Assembly: GCA_036231405.1 (NCBI GenBank)
Contig: JAZAHK010000002.1
Coordinates: 1-64,000, forward strand
Reading direction: 5' to 3'
From: Nitrospinota bacterium
GTDB taxonomy: Bacteria; UBA8248
DNA length: 64,000 nt
Part shown: piece by piece, positions 41,071 through 53,341 of the stretch
Position numbering within the stretch: the stretch's first letter is position 1
Layout: each line of letters starts with the position of its first letter
Translations under genes and position numbers: made by a program
The notes under the pieces: model-generated
What the model saw: only the letters and a program-made list of their open reading frames with translations
The model's database searches: none
What the model was told of the DNA's origin: nothing

Positions 41071-41940
41071 ATGTCTTTAATACGAATCTCCAGTCCAGCA
41101 AAAATAAATCTAGGATTGAAAATTTTAGGTTTGAGAAAGGACGGATTTCACGAAGTTCAAACTCATCTTCTACAGGTAGATTTGTTTGACAACCTAGTCA
41201 TAAGTAAAATAAGGGGAAAGATAGATATTACCGTTAACAACCCTTTAATTAGAGGGAAGAAAAATATTGTTTATAAAGCTGCTAGCCTCCTCCGTGAAAA
41301 ATATGGCGATACTCAATTAGGCGCAAGGATCCATTTAGAAAAAATAATTCCTGTTGGTGCCGGATTAGGAGGTGGTAGTGGTAATGCAGCGGTTGTGCTT
41401 TGGGTTTTGAATCAACTTTGGGGAATTAAGTATCCGATGAAAAAACTTGAAGAGTTAGCAAAAGAGTTGGGGGCCGATGTACCGTTCTTCTTAGGTGCCC
41501 CAAGTTCTGTGTTTACAGGAAGAGGGGATGAAAAATTATTTGCTTGTAAGTTTAGCCCAAGATATTATATTTTAATTGTTAAACCTCCAATTTCATTATC
41601 TACTAGTGATGTTTATAAGTGGTCTAGGGTTAAAGTGATAGAAAATGGCAACCAAAAAAATAAGAATTTCAAATTGAATAGAAGGTATGGTTTCAGGGAA
41701 AATGATTTGGAGGAAGTTGTTTTCCCTAGATTTCCTTCTTTGAAGAGGCATCGAAATAATTTACTCAAATTTGGCGCAGAACTTGCACTTTTAAGTGGAA
41801 GTGGTTCGGCAATATTTGGCCTTTTTACTAAGAAATCAGATACAGTTAGAGCAGTTAATTTCTTTTCTAGAAAAAAAGAATTATGGGTTTCTGTTGCAAG
41901 ACCTTTGCATAAAAGTATTTTGAAGGAAAAGAGATTTTAA
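41071..41940 (+). CDS. ispE: 4-diphosphocytidyl-2-C-methyl-D-erythritol kinase
   Basis: SPAKINLGL, IPVGAGLGGGSGNAA, LGADVPFF, LSGSGS. Confidence 0.96.
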   Translation: MSLIRISSPAKINLGLKILGLRKDGFHEVQTHLLQVDLFDNLVISKIRGKIDITVNNPLIRGKKNIVYKAASLLREKYGDTQLGARIHLEKIIPVGAGLGGGSGNAAVVLWVLNQLWGIKYPMKKLEELAKELGADVPFFLGAPSSVFTGRGDEKLFACKFSPRYYILIVKPPISLSTSDVYKWSRVKVIENGNQKNKNFKLNRRYGFRENDLEEVVFPRFPSLKRHRNNLLKFGAELALLSGSGSAIFGLFTKKSDTVRAVNFFSRKKELWVSVARPLHKSILKEKRF

Positions 41941-42021
41941 ATTCTAACGAATTTCTACTTTGGAATGTTTTTAAATATATGCGATAAAATATTAGGCTTT
42001 TCAGTTTTTAATAAACTGGAC

Positions 42022-42049
42022 TTGACAAATTTTGTGGATAGAGTAAGAA
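42022..42049 (+). promoter_or_regulatory. Putative sigma70 promoter for prs-rplY-pth
   Basis: Perfect TTGACA at 42022; weak -10 (TAAGAA) at 16-nt spacing. Confidence 0.3.
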
Positions 42050-42090
42050 CTTCGGGTCTATCGTTGTACTTATGTGTAAAGGGTTAAGTT

Positions 42091-43035
42091 TTGGTGGATA
42101 GTCGGATAAAGGTTTTTTCAGGTAGGTCGAATTCACTCCTTTCTGATTGCATTTTCGAGTCCTTGGGGATCGAGAGGGGTGAGATTGATATTGTCGATTT
42201 TAGTGATGGAGAAACATCTGTCCAGATCCAAGAGAATGTGCGCGGTGCGGACGTTTTTGCGATACAAAGCCTGTGTTATCCTGGGAATGCTAATCTTATA
42301 GAAATGCTCATTATGTTAGACGCTTTCAGGAGATCTTCTGCAGAAAGAATTACCGCTGTTATTCCTTATTTTGCTTATGCGAGACAAGACAGAAAAGTTC
42401 AACCAAGAGTACCTATTACCGCTAAGTTGGTCGCTAACCTTTTGACTGCAGCAGGTGCAGATAGAGTGATCACTATTGATTTACATGCAGGGCAAATACA
42501 GGGCTTTTTTGATATTCCGGTAGACCATCTTTATGCAGCACCCGTGATGATTAATTATTTTTCAGACAAAGATCTTCAGGACCCCGTGGTTGTTTCTCCC
42601 GATGCTGGCGGTGTGGAAAGGGCTAGGGCCTATGCGAAAAGGCTTAATGCAGGGCTCGGTATTGTAGATAAGCGTAGAGAAAGAGCAAATGAATCTGAAG
42701 TTATGAGAATCATAGGAGATGTTAAAGGCCGTGATGTTTTGATTGTGGACGATATTGTCGATACTGCTGGCACATTAACCCAGGCCGCAGATGCATTAGT
42801 TGTAGAAGGGGCTAATAGAGTTTACGCCTGTTGTACCCATCCTGTCCTCTCGGGCCCGGCATCTGATAGAATCAAAAATTCAGTCTTGGAAGAATTAGTC
42901 ACAACAGATACTATCCCCCTTCCAGATGATTTGGTAGATTCTAAGAAAGTTAAGGTTCTAACAATAGGAGTACTTCTTGCAGAAGCGATTACTCGTATTC
43001 ACGAAGATTCATCTGTGAGTAGTCTTTTTATTTAA
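42091..43035 (+). CDS. prs: Ribose-phosphate pyrophosphokinase
   Basis: FSDGE, YARQDRK, DLHAGQIQGFF, SPDAGG, VDDIVDTAGT. Confidence 0.98.
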   Translation: MVDSRIKVFSGRSNSLLSDCIFESLGIERGEIDIVDFSDGETSVQIQENVRGADVFAIQSLCYPGNANLIEMLIMLDAFRRSSAERITAVIPYFAYARQDRKVQPRVPITAKLVANLLTAAGADRVITIDLHAGQIQGFFDIPVDHLYAAPVMINYFSDKDLQDPVVVSPDAGGVERARAYAKRLNAGLGIVDKRRERANESEVMRIIGDVKGRDVLIVDDIVDTAGTLTQAADALVVEGANRVYACCTHPVLSGPASDRIKNSVLEELVTTDTIPLPDDLVDSKKVKVLTIGVLLAEAITRIHEDSSVSSLFI

Positions 43036-43071
43036 AACAAGATTCTATCTTCTTTAATCGGAGTAAGACGT

Positions 43072-43767
43072 ATGGAAGAGTTGGTGCTTGAAGCAGAGGT
43101 AAGAGAAGGAAAAGGAAAGAGTTATGCTAGAAAATTGAGAAGAGAGGGTCTTATCCCAGCAGTTGTTTATGGGGTTGATGAAGCAATTTCTCTTCAATTG
43201 AATCCTGAAGAACTACATTCCCTTTTAAATACTAAGGCTGGAAGTAACATTGTATTTAAACTTAGGGTTTCTGGAGAGAAGAAGAAAGAAAGGTCCGTTA
43301 TTGTAAAAGATTTGAATTATAATGTAATGAACGATTCTTTTATTCACGTGGATTTGCTTGAGATTCGAATGGATCAGAAAATTACTGTCTCTATCCCTCT
43401 TCTCTTAGAAGGTGAAGCAATAGGAATCAAAATGGGGGGTGTTGTATCTCAGGTACTGAGAGAACTTGATGTTGAATGTTTTCCTATTGATATCCCAGAG
43501 CAAATTTTATTGGATATTTCTGAAGTAGATATTGGAGGAGTGTTGCATGTAAGAGATGTAGAAATACCTGAAAATGTATCGCTCATCAATGATGTTGATG
43601 ATCCCGTTATGTCTATCTCAGTTCCTGCTGAAGAAGAGGAAGAAGAGGAAGAAGAAATTGAAGGAGATGAGGAAACAACTGATGATGAATCTTCTGAAGA
43701 GCAAGAGGATACTGAAGGGGAGGAAGCAGAATCAGACGATTCAGAGAAAAAAGAAAACGAAGACTGA
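43072..43767 (+). CDS. rplY: 50S ribosomal protein L25/CTC with acidic tail
   Basis: RKLRREG.IPAVVYG, HVD, C-terminal TL5 domain, Glu/Asp-rich tail. Confidence 0.95.
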   Translation: MEELVLEAEVREGKGKSYARKLRREGLIPAVVYGVDEAISLQLNPEELHSLLNTKAGSNIVFKLRVSGEKKKERSVIVKDLNYNVMNDSFIHVDLLEIRMDQKITVSIPLLLEGEAIGIKMGGVVSQVLRELDVECFPIDIPEQILLDISEVDIGGVLHVRDVEIPENVSLINDVDDPVMSISVPAEEEEEEEEEIEGDEETTDDESSEEQEDTEGEEAESDDSEKKENED

Positions 43768-43785
43768 TTTTCTTAAGGTTGAGGT

Positions 43786-44319
43786 ATGCACTCCAAAAAA
43801 GTGATAGTAGGTTTAGGTAACCCGGGACGGGGTTATAATAAGACCCGCCATAATGTTGGGTTTAGAGCTCTGGATTATTTTTGTGATAAATATGATATTG
43901 AAATTGACCTTTCCGACGATGATGTTGATTTTGGTGTAGGGTCATTCGAGGAAAGAGAAGTTTTTGTATTGAAACCTAGGAGTTATATGAACTTAAGTGG
44001 TTCCTGTGTTAAAAGTTTTATTAAGAGACGCAATATTAAACCCTTTGACCTTCTTATTTTGCACGATGATTTAGATGTGAAATTAGGCTCGATTAGCTAT
44101 AAATCTACAGGTGGCGATGCAGGTCACAAGGGCATTCGTGACATAATTGAGAAACTAGGGACTTCAGATTTTTCTAGAATTAGGATTGGTATAGGGAGGC
44201 CAGATACTCATATAGACGTTTCCGATTGGGTATTAAAACGTTTTGCCCCAAACGAATTGAGCATAATAGATGATATTTTGGAAGAGGTGTCTTTGAAAGC
44301 TTTTGATTTTGTTTCGTAG
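43786..44319 (+). CDS. pth: Peptidyl-tRNA hydrolase
   Basis: VGLGNPG..Y..TRHNVGF, YMNLSG, HDDLD, GHKG, RIRIGIGRP. Confidence 0.96.
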   Translation: MHSKKVIVGLGNPGRGYNKTRHNVGFRALDYFCDKYDIEIDLSDDDVDFGVGSFEEREVFVLKPRSYMNLSGSCVKSFIKRRNIKPFDLLILHDDLDVKLGSISYKSTGGDAGHKGIRDIIEKLGTSDFSRIRIGIGRPDTHIDVSDWVLKRFAPNELSIIDDILEEVSLKAFDFVS

Positions 44320-44385
44320 TTTTTTAATTAAATTTAATAGCCCAATTTTTTTCGATTTTTGTAACCAGGAGGGTCAGAATAGTCG

Positions 44386-46377
44386 ATGATTGCTTTTTCT
44401 AATTTAGCAGCTTTTTTTGGAATTGCTGGTTTGTTGCTTGCAGGGATTATTTATTTATGGATAGACAAACAATCTCCAGGGAATGAACTGATGGTCAAAC
44501 TAGCAGGTCAGATTCGTGAAGGTGCAATGGTTTTTTTGAAAAGGGAATATAAAATTTTAGCTCTTTTTGTTTTAGTTGTTTTTTTAATTTTGAGTTATGC
44601 GATTAGCTTCGATACTGGTTTGTCATTTATTACTGGTGCCGTCTGTTCTGTTTTAGCTGGCTTTTTTGGAATGAATGCAGCAACAAAGGCAAATGTCAGA
44701 ACAGCTGCTGCAGCCAATTCTGGTGGCGGACAATCTGGTGCTCTTTCAATGGCTTTTTACGGTGGGACTGTTATGGGTCTATCTGTGGCAAGTCTTGGTT
44801 TATTGGGTGTTGGTTTCCTTTTTTGGTATTTCGACGTTTTGAATGCACGAGACAATGCAAGTATTATCAATGGTTTTTCGATGGGAGCAAGTTCTATTGC
44901 TCTTTTCGCTCGTGTTGGTGGCGGAATTTATACAAAAACTGCTGATGTAGGTGCAGATTTAGTTGGAAAAGTTGAGGCAAATATCCCAGAAGATGATCCT
45001 AGAAATCCTGCTGTTATTGCAGACAATGTTGGCGACTGTGTAGGTGATGTAGCTGGAATGGGAGCTGATCTTTTCGAGTCCTATGTTGGGGCCATCATCT
45101 CTACAATTTTTATAGGCTCGATGATAGGAATGGGTGTTAATACATCTGCAGCTATGGCTCTACCTTTACTTCTTGCCATGATTGGTCTTGTTGCATCAGT
45201 AATTGGGATTGGTTCTATGAAATTACTTTCAGGTGGAAACCCTGCGACAGCACTGCGAAGTTCTACTTTTTTAGCGGCTTTAATTTTTGTAATTCTTTCT
45301 TATTTTTTAACAAATACAATGGGTCTGCCAATTTCTATTTTTGCTTCTATACTCATTGGAACATTAGGTGGAATCGCGATTGGTTTGTTAACTGAATATT
45401 ATACAGGAACTGGTGGCAAGCCTGTTGGTCGGATAGTGGATGCTTCGGAAACTGGAGTAGCAACCAATATTATTAGTGGTTTTGCTGTTGGTTTAGAGAG
45501 TGTTTGTGCTCCTTTGGTTGTTTTGGCTGTGATTACATTAATTTCAAATCAACTTGCAGATCTCTATGGTATATCGGTTGCTGCTGTTGGTATGCTTGCA
45601 ACTATTGGAATTACAATGTCAGTGGATGCATATGGTCCAATTGCTGATAATGCTGGCGGAATAACAGAGATGAGTCAGCTAGGTCCTGAAACTAGAGAAA
45701 TTACCGATGGTTTAGATGCTCTAGGTAATACCACTGCAGCTATTGGAAAAGGATTTGCTATCGGGTCTGCAGCTCTAACTGCGTTGGCTTTTTTTGCTGC
45801 TTACACAAAAGCGGCTGGAGTTAAATCTATAGATTTGCAGGATGCGAATGTAGTCGCAGGATTATTGATTGGCGGTGCCGTCCCTTTCATTATTGGTTCT
45901 TTGACCATGAATTCTGTAGGGAAGGCTGCTTTTATAATGATTCAAGAAATAAGAAGACAGTTTCAAGAAGATAAAGGAATCATGGAAGGTACTTCTGAAC
46001 CTGACAGTAGTAGATGTATTGATATTAGTACTCAGGCGGCACTAAAAGAAATGGTTATTCCTGGAGTGACGGCTGTAGTTGTTCCGATAATAGTTGGTTT
46101 TTCTATGGGGAAAGAAGCTTTGGGGGGTATGCTAGCAGGGGCCTTGTTATCTGGCGTGCTATTAGCATTGCTTATGGCTAATGCCGGCGGTGCATGGGAT
46201 AACGCCAAAAAAGAAATAGAGGATGGCAAACTCGGTGGTAAAGGTTCGGAGGCTCACAAAGCTGCTGTTGTTGGTGATACAGTAGGAGACCCAATGAAGG
46301 ATACTTCAGGTCCTTCTATGAATATTTTGATTAAACTTATGTCTATAGTTTCTCTTGTTTTAGCACCTTTGTTTTAA
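44386..46377 (+). CDS. hppA: Membrane-bound K+-dependent, probably Na+-translocating pyrophosphatase
   Basis: [49 protein letters not shown]. Confidence 0.95.
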   Translation: MIAFSNLAAFFGIAGLLLAGIIYLWIDKQSPGNELMVKLAGQIREGAMVFLKREYKILALFVLVVFLILSYAISFDTGLSFITGAVCSVLAGFFGMNAATKANVRTAAAANSGGGQSGALSMAFYGGTVMGLSVASLGLLGVGFLFWYFDVLNARDNASIINGFSMGASSIALFARVGGGIYTKTADVGADLVGKVEANIPEDDPRNPAVIADNVGDCVGDVAGMGADLFESYVGAIISTIFIGSMIGMGVNTSAAMALPLLLAMIGLVASVIGIGSMKLLSGGNPATALRSSTFLAALIFVILSYFLTNTMGLPISIFASILIGTLGGIAIGLLTEYYTGTGGKPVGRIVDASETGVATNIISGFAVGLESVCAPLVVLAVITLISNQLADLYGISVAAVGMLATIGITMSVDAYGPIADNAGGITEMSQLGPETREITDGLDALGNTTAAIGKGFAIGSAALTALAFFAAYTKAAGVKSIDLQDANVVAGLLIGGAVPFIIGSLTMNSVGKAAFIMIQEIRRQFQEDKGIMEGTSEPDSSRCIDISTQAALKEMVIPGVTAVVVPIIVGFSMGKEALGGMLAGALLSGVLLALLMANAGGAWDNAKKEIEDGKLGGKGSEAHKAAVVGDTVGDPMKDTSGPSMNILIKLMSIVSLVLAPLF

Positions 46378-46438
46378 TTTTTTATTGTTGTAATATTAAT
46401 TTTTCTTTTTTATTTTTGTAAGTTTGGAGATTTTATAA

Positions 46439-46792
46439 ATGCGCCAGTATGAAACGATGGTACTTCTTTCTCCTGAATTAGATGAGGATGCAGTAGAGAA
46501 GAAAATTCAGGATGTTGAGAACCATTTTAAAAAAAATGGTTCTGAAATTATTTCAATAGATCGTCTTGGGAAAAAACGTCTGGCTTATCCAATCAATAAG
46601 CAAAGACATGGAACTTATTTTGTAATATCTTATAAGGCAGAAAAAGGGGTTGTCTCTGAGTTGGAGCAAGGCTTGAGATTGGATGAAGATACTTTTAGAT
46701 ATATGACAACCCGAATTGAGCAATCAGTCCTAAGGAAAATTCAGAAGACGGTTGACCATCAGGCATCTCAAACGGTTACGGATGAAAGTTAA
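46439..46792 (+). CDS. rpsF: 30S ribosomal protein S6
   Basis: MRQYET, GKKRLAYPI.K...G.Y. Confidence 0.95.
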   Translation: MRQYETMVLLSPELDEDAVEKKIQDVENHFKKNGSEIISIDRLGKKRLAYPINKQRHGTYFVISYKAEKGVVSELEQGLRLDEDTFRYMTTRIEQSVLRKIQKTVDHQASQTVTDES

Positions 46793-46830
46793 TTTCTCCT
46801 GTTCGATAATGGTAATTGAGGAGGTTTCCG

Positions 46831-47253
46831 ATGTCTTTAAATAGTGTTTTTTTAAGAGGCAACTTGACCCGTGATCCTGAAAAGCGTTTCTTGCCATCGG
46901 GTACTGCTGTTGTAAATTTTGGCCTGGCAGTTAACAGAAAATATAAAAGTGGTGACGATTGGAAAGAGGACACCTGTTTTGTAGATATTGTTGTTTTTGG
47001 AAAACAAGGAGAATGGGCAGAAGAGCAGCTAGCAAAAGGCAGTCCAGTGCTTATAGAAGGAAGACTCTCTTTTAATTCTTGGGAAACGAAGGAAGGGGAT
47101 AGGAGAAGTAAGCACGAAGTAGTTGCTTATAATGTTCATTTTATAAAACCTAGAGACTCTGCTACTAGTGGACAGGTAGGTTCTCAATCTGTTAGTTTCA
47201 CTGATGATACGTTCGATGCTTCGACTATTAAAGACGATGACATACCTTTTTAG
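46831..47253 (+). CDS. ssb: Single-stranded DNA-binding protein
   Basis: N.V.L.GNLTRDPE, IEGRL, C-terminal DDDIPF; ATG 46831 after GGAGG. Confidence 0.97.
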   Translation: MSLNSVFLRGNLTRDPEKRFLPSGTAVVNFGLAVNRKYKSGDDWKEDTCFVDIVVFGKQGEWAEEQLAKGSPVLIEGRLSFNSWETKEGDRRSKHEVVAYNVHFIKPRDSATSGQVGSQSVSFTDDTFDASTIKDDDIPF

Positions 47254-47277
47254 ATGTTTTTTACTTAGGAGCGCTTT

Positions 47278-47547
47278 ATGCCTATAGTTCCACGTGGATA
47301 TTCTGATAATAGAAGAAAAAAAAGGAAGCGTTTCCAGAGACAGAAGATCTGTCGTTTTACAACTGAAGGCATCTTTTATATAGATTATAAAGATGTGAAA
47401 ATGTTGAAAAATATGGTTAGTGAACGTGGGAAAATTATTCCCAGGAGAGTAACTGGAACTAATGCATTTTATCAAAGACAGTTAACTACTGCTGTTAAGA
47501 GAGCGCGCTATATGGCTTTAATGCCGTATACTATAGATCTCTCTTAA
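47278..47547 (+). CDS. rpsR: 30S ribosomal protein S18 (zinc-free type)
   Basis: IDYKD...[13 protein letters not shown]...QRQL..AVKRAR. Confidence 0.97.
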   Translation: MPIVPRGYSDNRRKKRKRFQRQKICRFTTEGIFYIDYKDVKMLKNMVSERGKIIPRRVTGTNAFYQRQLTTAVKRARYMALMPYTIDLS

Positions 47548-47565
47548 GAAAAAGAGGATATAGTC

Positions 47566-48126
47566 TTGCGTCTGATTTTAAGAAAAGATATTGAACAATT
47601 AGGGGAAGCAGGGGATGTAGTTGATGTTTCTGACGGTTATGGAATGAACTACCTCCTTCCTAATGGGTTAGCGTTACACGCTACTATTGGCAACGTCAAA
47701 ACAAGTCAGCATGAGAAACTACTCAGAGATGCACAGGTTCAAGTCGCAAAGAGAACTGCCGAAGATAGTGCTTCTAAATTCAACGAACTCAAGCTTGAAT
47801 TTCGTTTAAAAGCTGGTCCTGATGGACGCTTATTTGGTTCTTTGACAAATCGTATGATTGAAGAGGGACTTGCAAAATTGGGTATTGAAATCGATAGAAA
47901 AAAAATTATTTTAGATGAACCAATTAAGAAAGTTGGGGTTTTCGAAGTCCCGATTCGTTTGCATGAGGATGTTAGACCTACAGTAAGTATCAATATCCTT
48001 CAGGAGGAAGTAGAGGAATCGACAGAAGGGGAAAATTCTGAGATTTCTGAATCAGAAGTTGCTGAACCAACTGAGACAGACCAAATCCCTCTTGAATCAA
48101 CAAAAGTTGAATCCGATATAGAATAA
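47566..48126 (+). CDS. rplI: 50S ribosomal protein L9 with acidic tail
   Basis: LG.AGDVV.V.DGY..NYLLP, GRLFGS, PIK..G. Confidence 0.96.
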   Translation: MRLILRKDIEQLGEAGDVVDVSDGYGMNYLLPNGLALHATIGNVKTSQHEKLLRDAQVQVAKRTAEDSASKFNELKLEFRLKAGPDGRLFGSLTNRMIEEGLAKLGIEIDRKKIILDEPIKKVGVFEVPIRLHEDVRPTVSINILQEEVEESTEGENSEISESEVAEPTETDQIPLESTKVESDIE

Positions 48127-48246
48127 TTTTTAATTCTATTGTCCTAGAAAAATAATTGTAATTTTTATCTATAGTGATGTACAGGATAATTGTAAGCAAC
48201 GTATTTATATTCTTATTTTTGTCATTTCTGGAAATGGGGGTCTTTT

Positions 48247-49668
48247 TTGAGAACAACTCCCTCAAGCGGTAACAATAAGTCAAATTCCGATTACCTTCCT
48301 CCACAGAATATAGAAGCTGAACAAAGTGTACTTGGTGCTATGCTTCTCGATAATGGTATCGTTTCCTCTGTTCTAGAAGTAGTTCGTTCTAACCACTTTT
48401 ATAGAGTTAGTCATAGAGCTATTTTTAATGCCATTGTTTCTCTTTTTGAAAAACAGGAGCCAATTGATCTAATTACTTTGGCAGATACCCTTAAAAAACA
48501 AGGAACTTTAGATGATGCAGGTGGTCTAGAGTATATTTCACGCTTGTCAGATGATGTTTCTAGCCCTAGAAGGGCAATTTCTCATGCTAAATTAGTTAGG
48601 ACAACGTTTTTGCTCAGGAATTTGGTGACAACTTCAAATGAGATTGCCGAAAGAGCCTATCTAGGAGAAGAAGATACAGACAAGCTGATTGATGATGCAG
48701 AGAGAGCGATGTTGGAAGTTTCGTCCGGAAGATTTCAAAAAAGTATTGCCTCAATGGAAGAAGTAATTAAGGTTACTTTTCCCTACCTCGAAGACCTCTA
48801 TGATAAGAAGAAGCATATAACAGGTATTCCTAGTGGCTTTAGTGAATTCGATAGACTTACCTCGGGTTTGCAGCCCTCTGAATTTATAGTTATTGCAGGT
48901 AGACCTAGTATGGGAAAGACTGCATTTGCTTTGAATCTAGCTGAGCATGCTGCACTAGAGGCTAAAGTACCCACAGCCATTTTTAGCTTAGAAATGAGTG
49001 CGAGATCACTAGCAGTTAGAATGCTTTGTGCTCGTTCTATGGTAAATGCAAGGAGTCTCCAAAGTGGCTTTATGCCTTCAAATAAGTGGCCCATTCTAAT
49101 TCAATCTGCAGGAGAATTTAAAGAATCTCCTATTTTCATAGACGATGCGACTGATCTTTCTGTTTTCGATATAAGAGCGAAGTGCAGAAGATTAAAACAT
49201 GAATCTGGATTAGGTTTAGTGATTGTAGATTACCTCCAATTGTTATCCCATAGAGGATCAAATGTAGAGAATCGACAGAGAGAAATTAGTGAGATTTCAA
49301 GGGGATTGAAAGGACTAGCTAAAGAATTAGATGTGCCTGTAGTAGCCCTTAGTCAACTTTCTAGAGCCGTAGAATCAAGAGAAGGAAAGAAACCTAATCT
49401 GTCTGATCTGCGTGAATCCGGATCTATAGAACAAGATGCTGACGTTGTTGCTCTTTTATATCGTGAGGAATATTATGAGCCCACTCCTGAAAATAAAGGT
49501 GTGGCGACTGTTATTCTTGCAAAACAAAGGAATGGCCCTACAGGTGATTTGGAAATCAAATTTTTTGATGAGTACGCTCGTTTCTCTAATCTTGACAATT
49601 TTCATCGTGAGGGGACAACCTCATTTGCCCAGTCAAGCGGCGATGATTTTAAAGCCGAACAATTTTGA
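48247..49668 (+). CDS. dnaB: Replicative DNA helicase
   Basis: PPQNIEAEQSVLG, GRPSMGKT, FSLEM, DYLQL, LSDLRESGSIEQDAD, KQRNGPTG; no intein. Confidence 0.98.
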   Translation: MRTTPSSGNNKSNSDYLPPQNIEAEQSVLGAMLLDNGIVSSVLEVVRSNHFYRVSHRAIFNAIVSLFEKQEPIDLITLADTLKKQGTLDDAGGLEYISRLSDDVSSPRRAISHAKLVRTTFLLRNLVTTSNEIAERAYLGEEDTDKLIDDAERAMLEVSSGRFQKSIASMEEVIKVTFPYLEDLYDKKKHITGIPSGFSEFDRLTSGLQPSEFIVIAGRPSMGKTAFALNLAEHAALEAKVPTAIFSLEMSARSLAVRMLCARSMVNARSLQSGFMPSNKWPILIQSAGEFKESPIFIDDATDLSVFDIRAKCRRLKHESGLGLVIVDYLQLLSHRGSNVENRQREISEISRGLKGLAKELDVPVVALSQLSRAVESREGKKPNLSDLRESGSIEQDADVVALLYREEYYEPTPENKGVATVILAKQRNGPTGDLEIKFFDEYARFSNLDNFHREGTTSFAQSSGDDFKAEQF

Positions 49669-49680
49669 TTAATTGCGGAG

Positions 49681-50900
49681 TTGCCTATTTGTAGTTCAGA
49701 TTTGCTCTTCAATTCTATACAGGATGAAAGAACGGTTGCCTTTGTAGATTTAGATGTTCTCCTTGACAATTATAATGTCTTGACCAAATCTTTTAAAGGA
49801 AAAGAGATTCTTTGTGTTGTCAAGAGTGAAGCTTATGGCCATGGTGCCATTGAAGTAAGCAGTCTGTTCCGTGAAGCTGGTGCTAATTGGTTTGGAGTTG
49901 CTAGTATTACTGAAGCAGAGATGCTTAGAAAAACATCTTTGCAACTCGAGAAAGGAAAGGAATTTCCACGAATATTGTTAATGAGTGATGCAACTCAGAG
50001 AAATGCAGAAAAAATTGTTTCGTTGAATTTAGATCCTGTAGTTTGGAACCACGAACAATTAGCTTCTATCTCAAATTTTGCAAAATCAGAAGGTTTAGAA
50101 GTTCGAGCTCATTTAAAAGTGGATACGGGAATGAATCGATTAGGTATTCTCCCTAGTGATGTCCCTGATTTTCTCGCTAGTGTTAACCGATTTGAAGGTG
50201 TAGCCATCCATGGCCTTATGACTCATCTATCTTCCGCGGAAGACCCCACAGGAGTTGATTTTACAAACAGACAGTTCTCATCCATGAATTCTTTGGTAGT
50301 AAAACTGAAGGAGAGAGATTTATTGCCCCCTCTAATTCACTGTTCAAACAGTGCAGGAGGCAATAATTTTTCAGATTCTATTGGTTCTATCGTTAGGGCA
50401 GGTATTGGCTTGTATGGTGGGATAGAATTTGAGGGGATAGATCTCCGTCAGTCTATTACATGGAAAACAAAGATATTGCAGATTAAAAACGTAGTTGCAG
50501 GTTCGCGAATTGGTTATGATCGGACTTATACAATGGAAAATAATGGAAAATTAGCAGTTGTGAGTGTAGGATACGGAGACGGTTTTTCAAGGTTGCTTTC
50601 TAATCGTGGCCGTGTTCTTTTGAAAGGAAAAAGTGTTCCTGTTGTTGGTAGGGTTTCCATGGATTTGACTATTCTAGATGTTTCTGAATTTGAAGATGAA
50701 CTTGATTGCTCCGATGAAGTCATCTTACTTGGAGGAGAATCTAAAGAATTTATACACGTTAAAGAATTAGCGGAGAGATGTGAGACAATATCTTATGAGA
50801 TTTTTTGTGGAATTAGTTATAGGGTGCCAAGGGTTTTCTTGTCTGAAGGAAGAATCTTAGGAAAAAGAGTTATTGGTCAATATATAGTTGAGGAATACTT

Positions 50901-50904
<4 letters not shown>
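49681..50904 (+). CDS. alr: Alanine racemase
   Basis: VVKSEAYGHG (PLP Lys), HLKVDTGMNRLG, GYGDG, GRVSMD; start uncertain. Confidence 0.94.
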
Positions 50905-52792
<1,888 letters not shown>

Positions 52793-52843
52793 GATTTTCA
52801 CAAGTGTATTTTTTGAAATTTTAAGCTTCCTTTCTTAATTTGC

Positions 52844-52872
52844 TTGACAAGTGGCAAGTGCTTTGTTACCAA
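52844..52872 (+). promoter_or_regulatory. Putative sigma70 promoter for yajC-secDF
   Basis: TTGACA-17 nt-TACCAA with an upstream TG dinucleotide. Confidence 0.35.
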
Positions 52873-52910
52873 TCCTGATGCGCTAATTTACAGTGATATT
52901 GGAGGTTTTT

Positions 52911-53282
52911 ATGTGGGATTTAGTACATGCTTTGATTCTGGATAATTATGTTGTTCATGCTATGGCAAGTGCTGGGGGTGAAGGTCAGGGAAATTTTCTT
53001 TTGCAAATGGCCCCCTTTGCTGCTGTGTTTGCAATAGTCTATTTTATTATGATAAGACCTCAGCAAAAAAAACAAAAAGATCACCAAAACCTTCTTTCTT
53101 CAATTAAACCTGGAGATAAAATAGTGGCGAGTGGGATCTTTGGGGAAGTAATTAAAATAAAAGAAAATATATTAACAGTTAAGGTTTCTGATGAACCAAA
53201 AGTTAATATACGTATAGGTTTAAATTTTGTCACTGAAGTTATTAACAAAAACGAGAATTCTGATTCTTCAAAGGAAAAATAA
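52911..53282 (+). CDS. yajC: Preprotein translocase subunit YajC
   Basis: YFIMIRPQQKKQK.H...L..IK.GD; ATG 52911 after GGAGG. Confidence 0.94.
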   Translation: MWDLVHALILDNYVVHAMASAGGEGQGNFLLQMAPFAAVFAIVYFIMIRPQQKKQKDHQNLLSSIKPGDKIVASGIFGEVIKIKENILTVKVSDEPKVNIRIGLNFVTEVINKNENSDSSKEK

Positions 53283-53341
53283 TAATCTAGTATTACTCCA
53301 GATATTAATTTGGCACTTTATAACTAGTTGGAGACTTGTTG

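Noticed and set aside
48247..49668. Intein in DnaB
   Set aside because: Normal length (473 aa) with contiguous helicase motifs.
52852..52867. Sigma54 promoter upstream of yajC (TGGCAAGTGCTTTGT)
   Set aside because: The -12 element is GT rather than the near-invariant GC, and it overlaps a better sigma70 -35.
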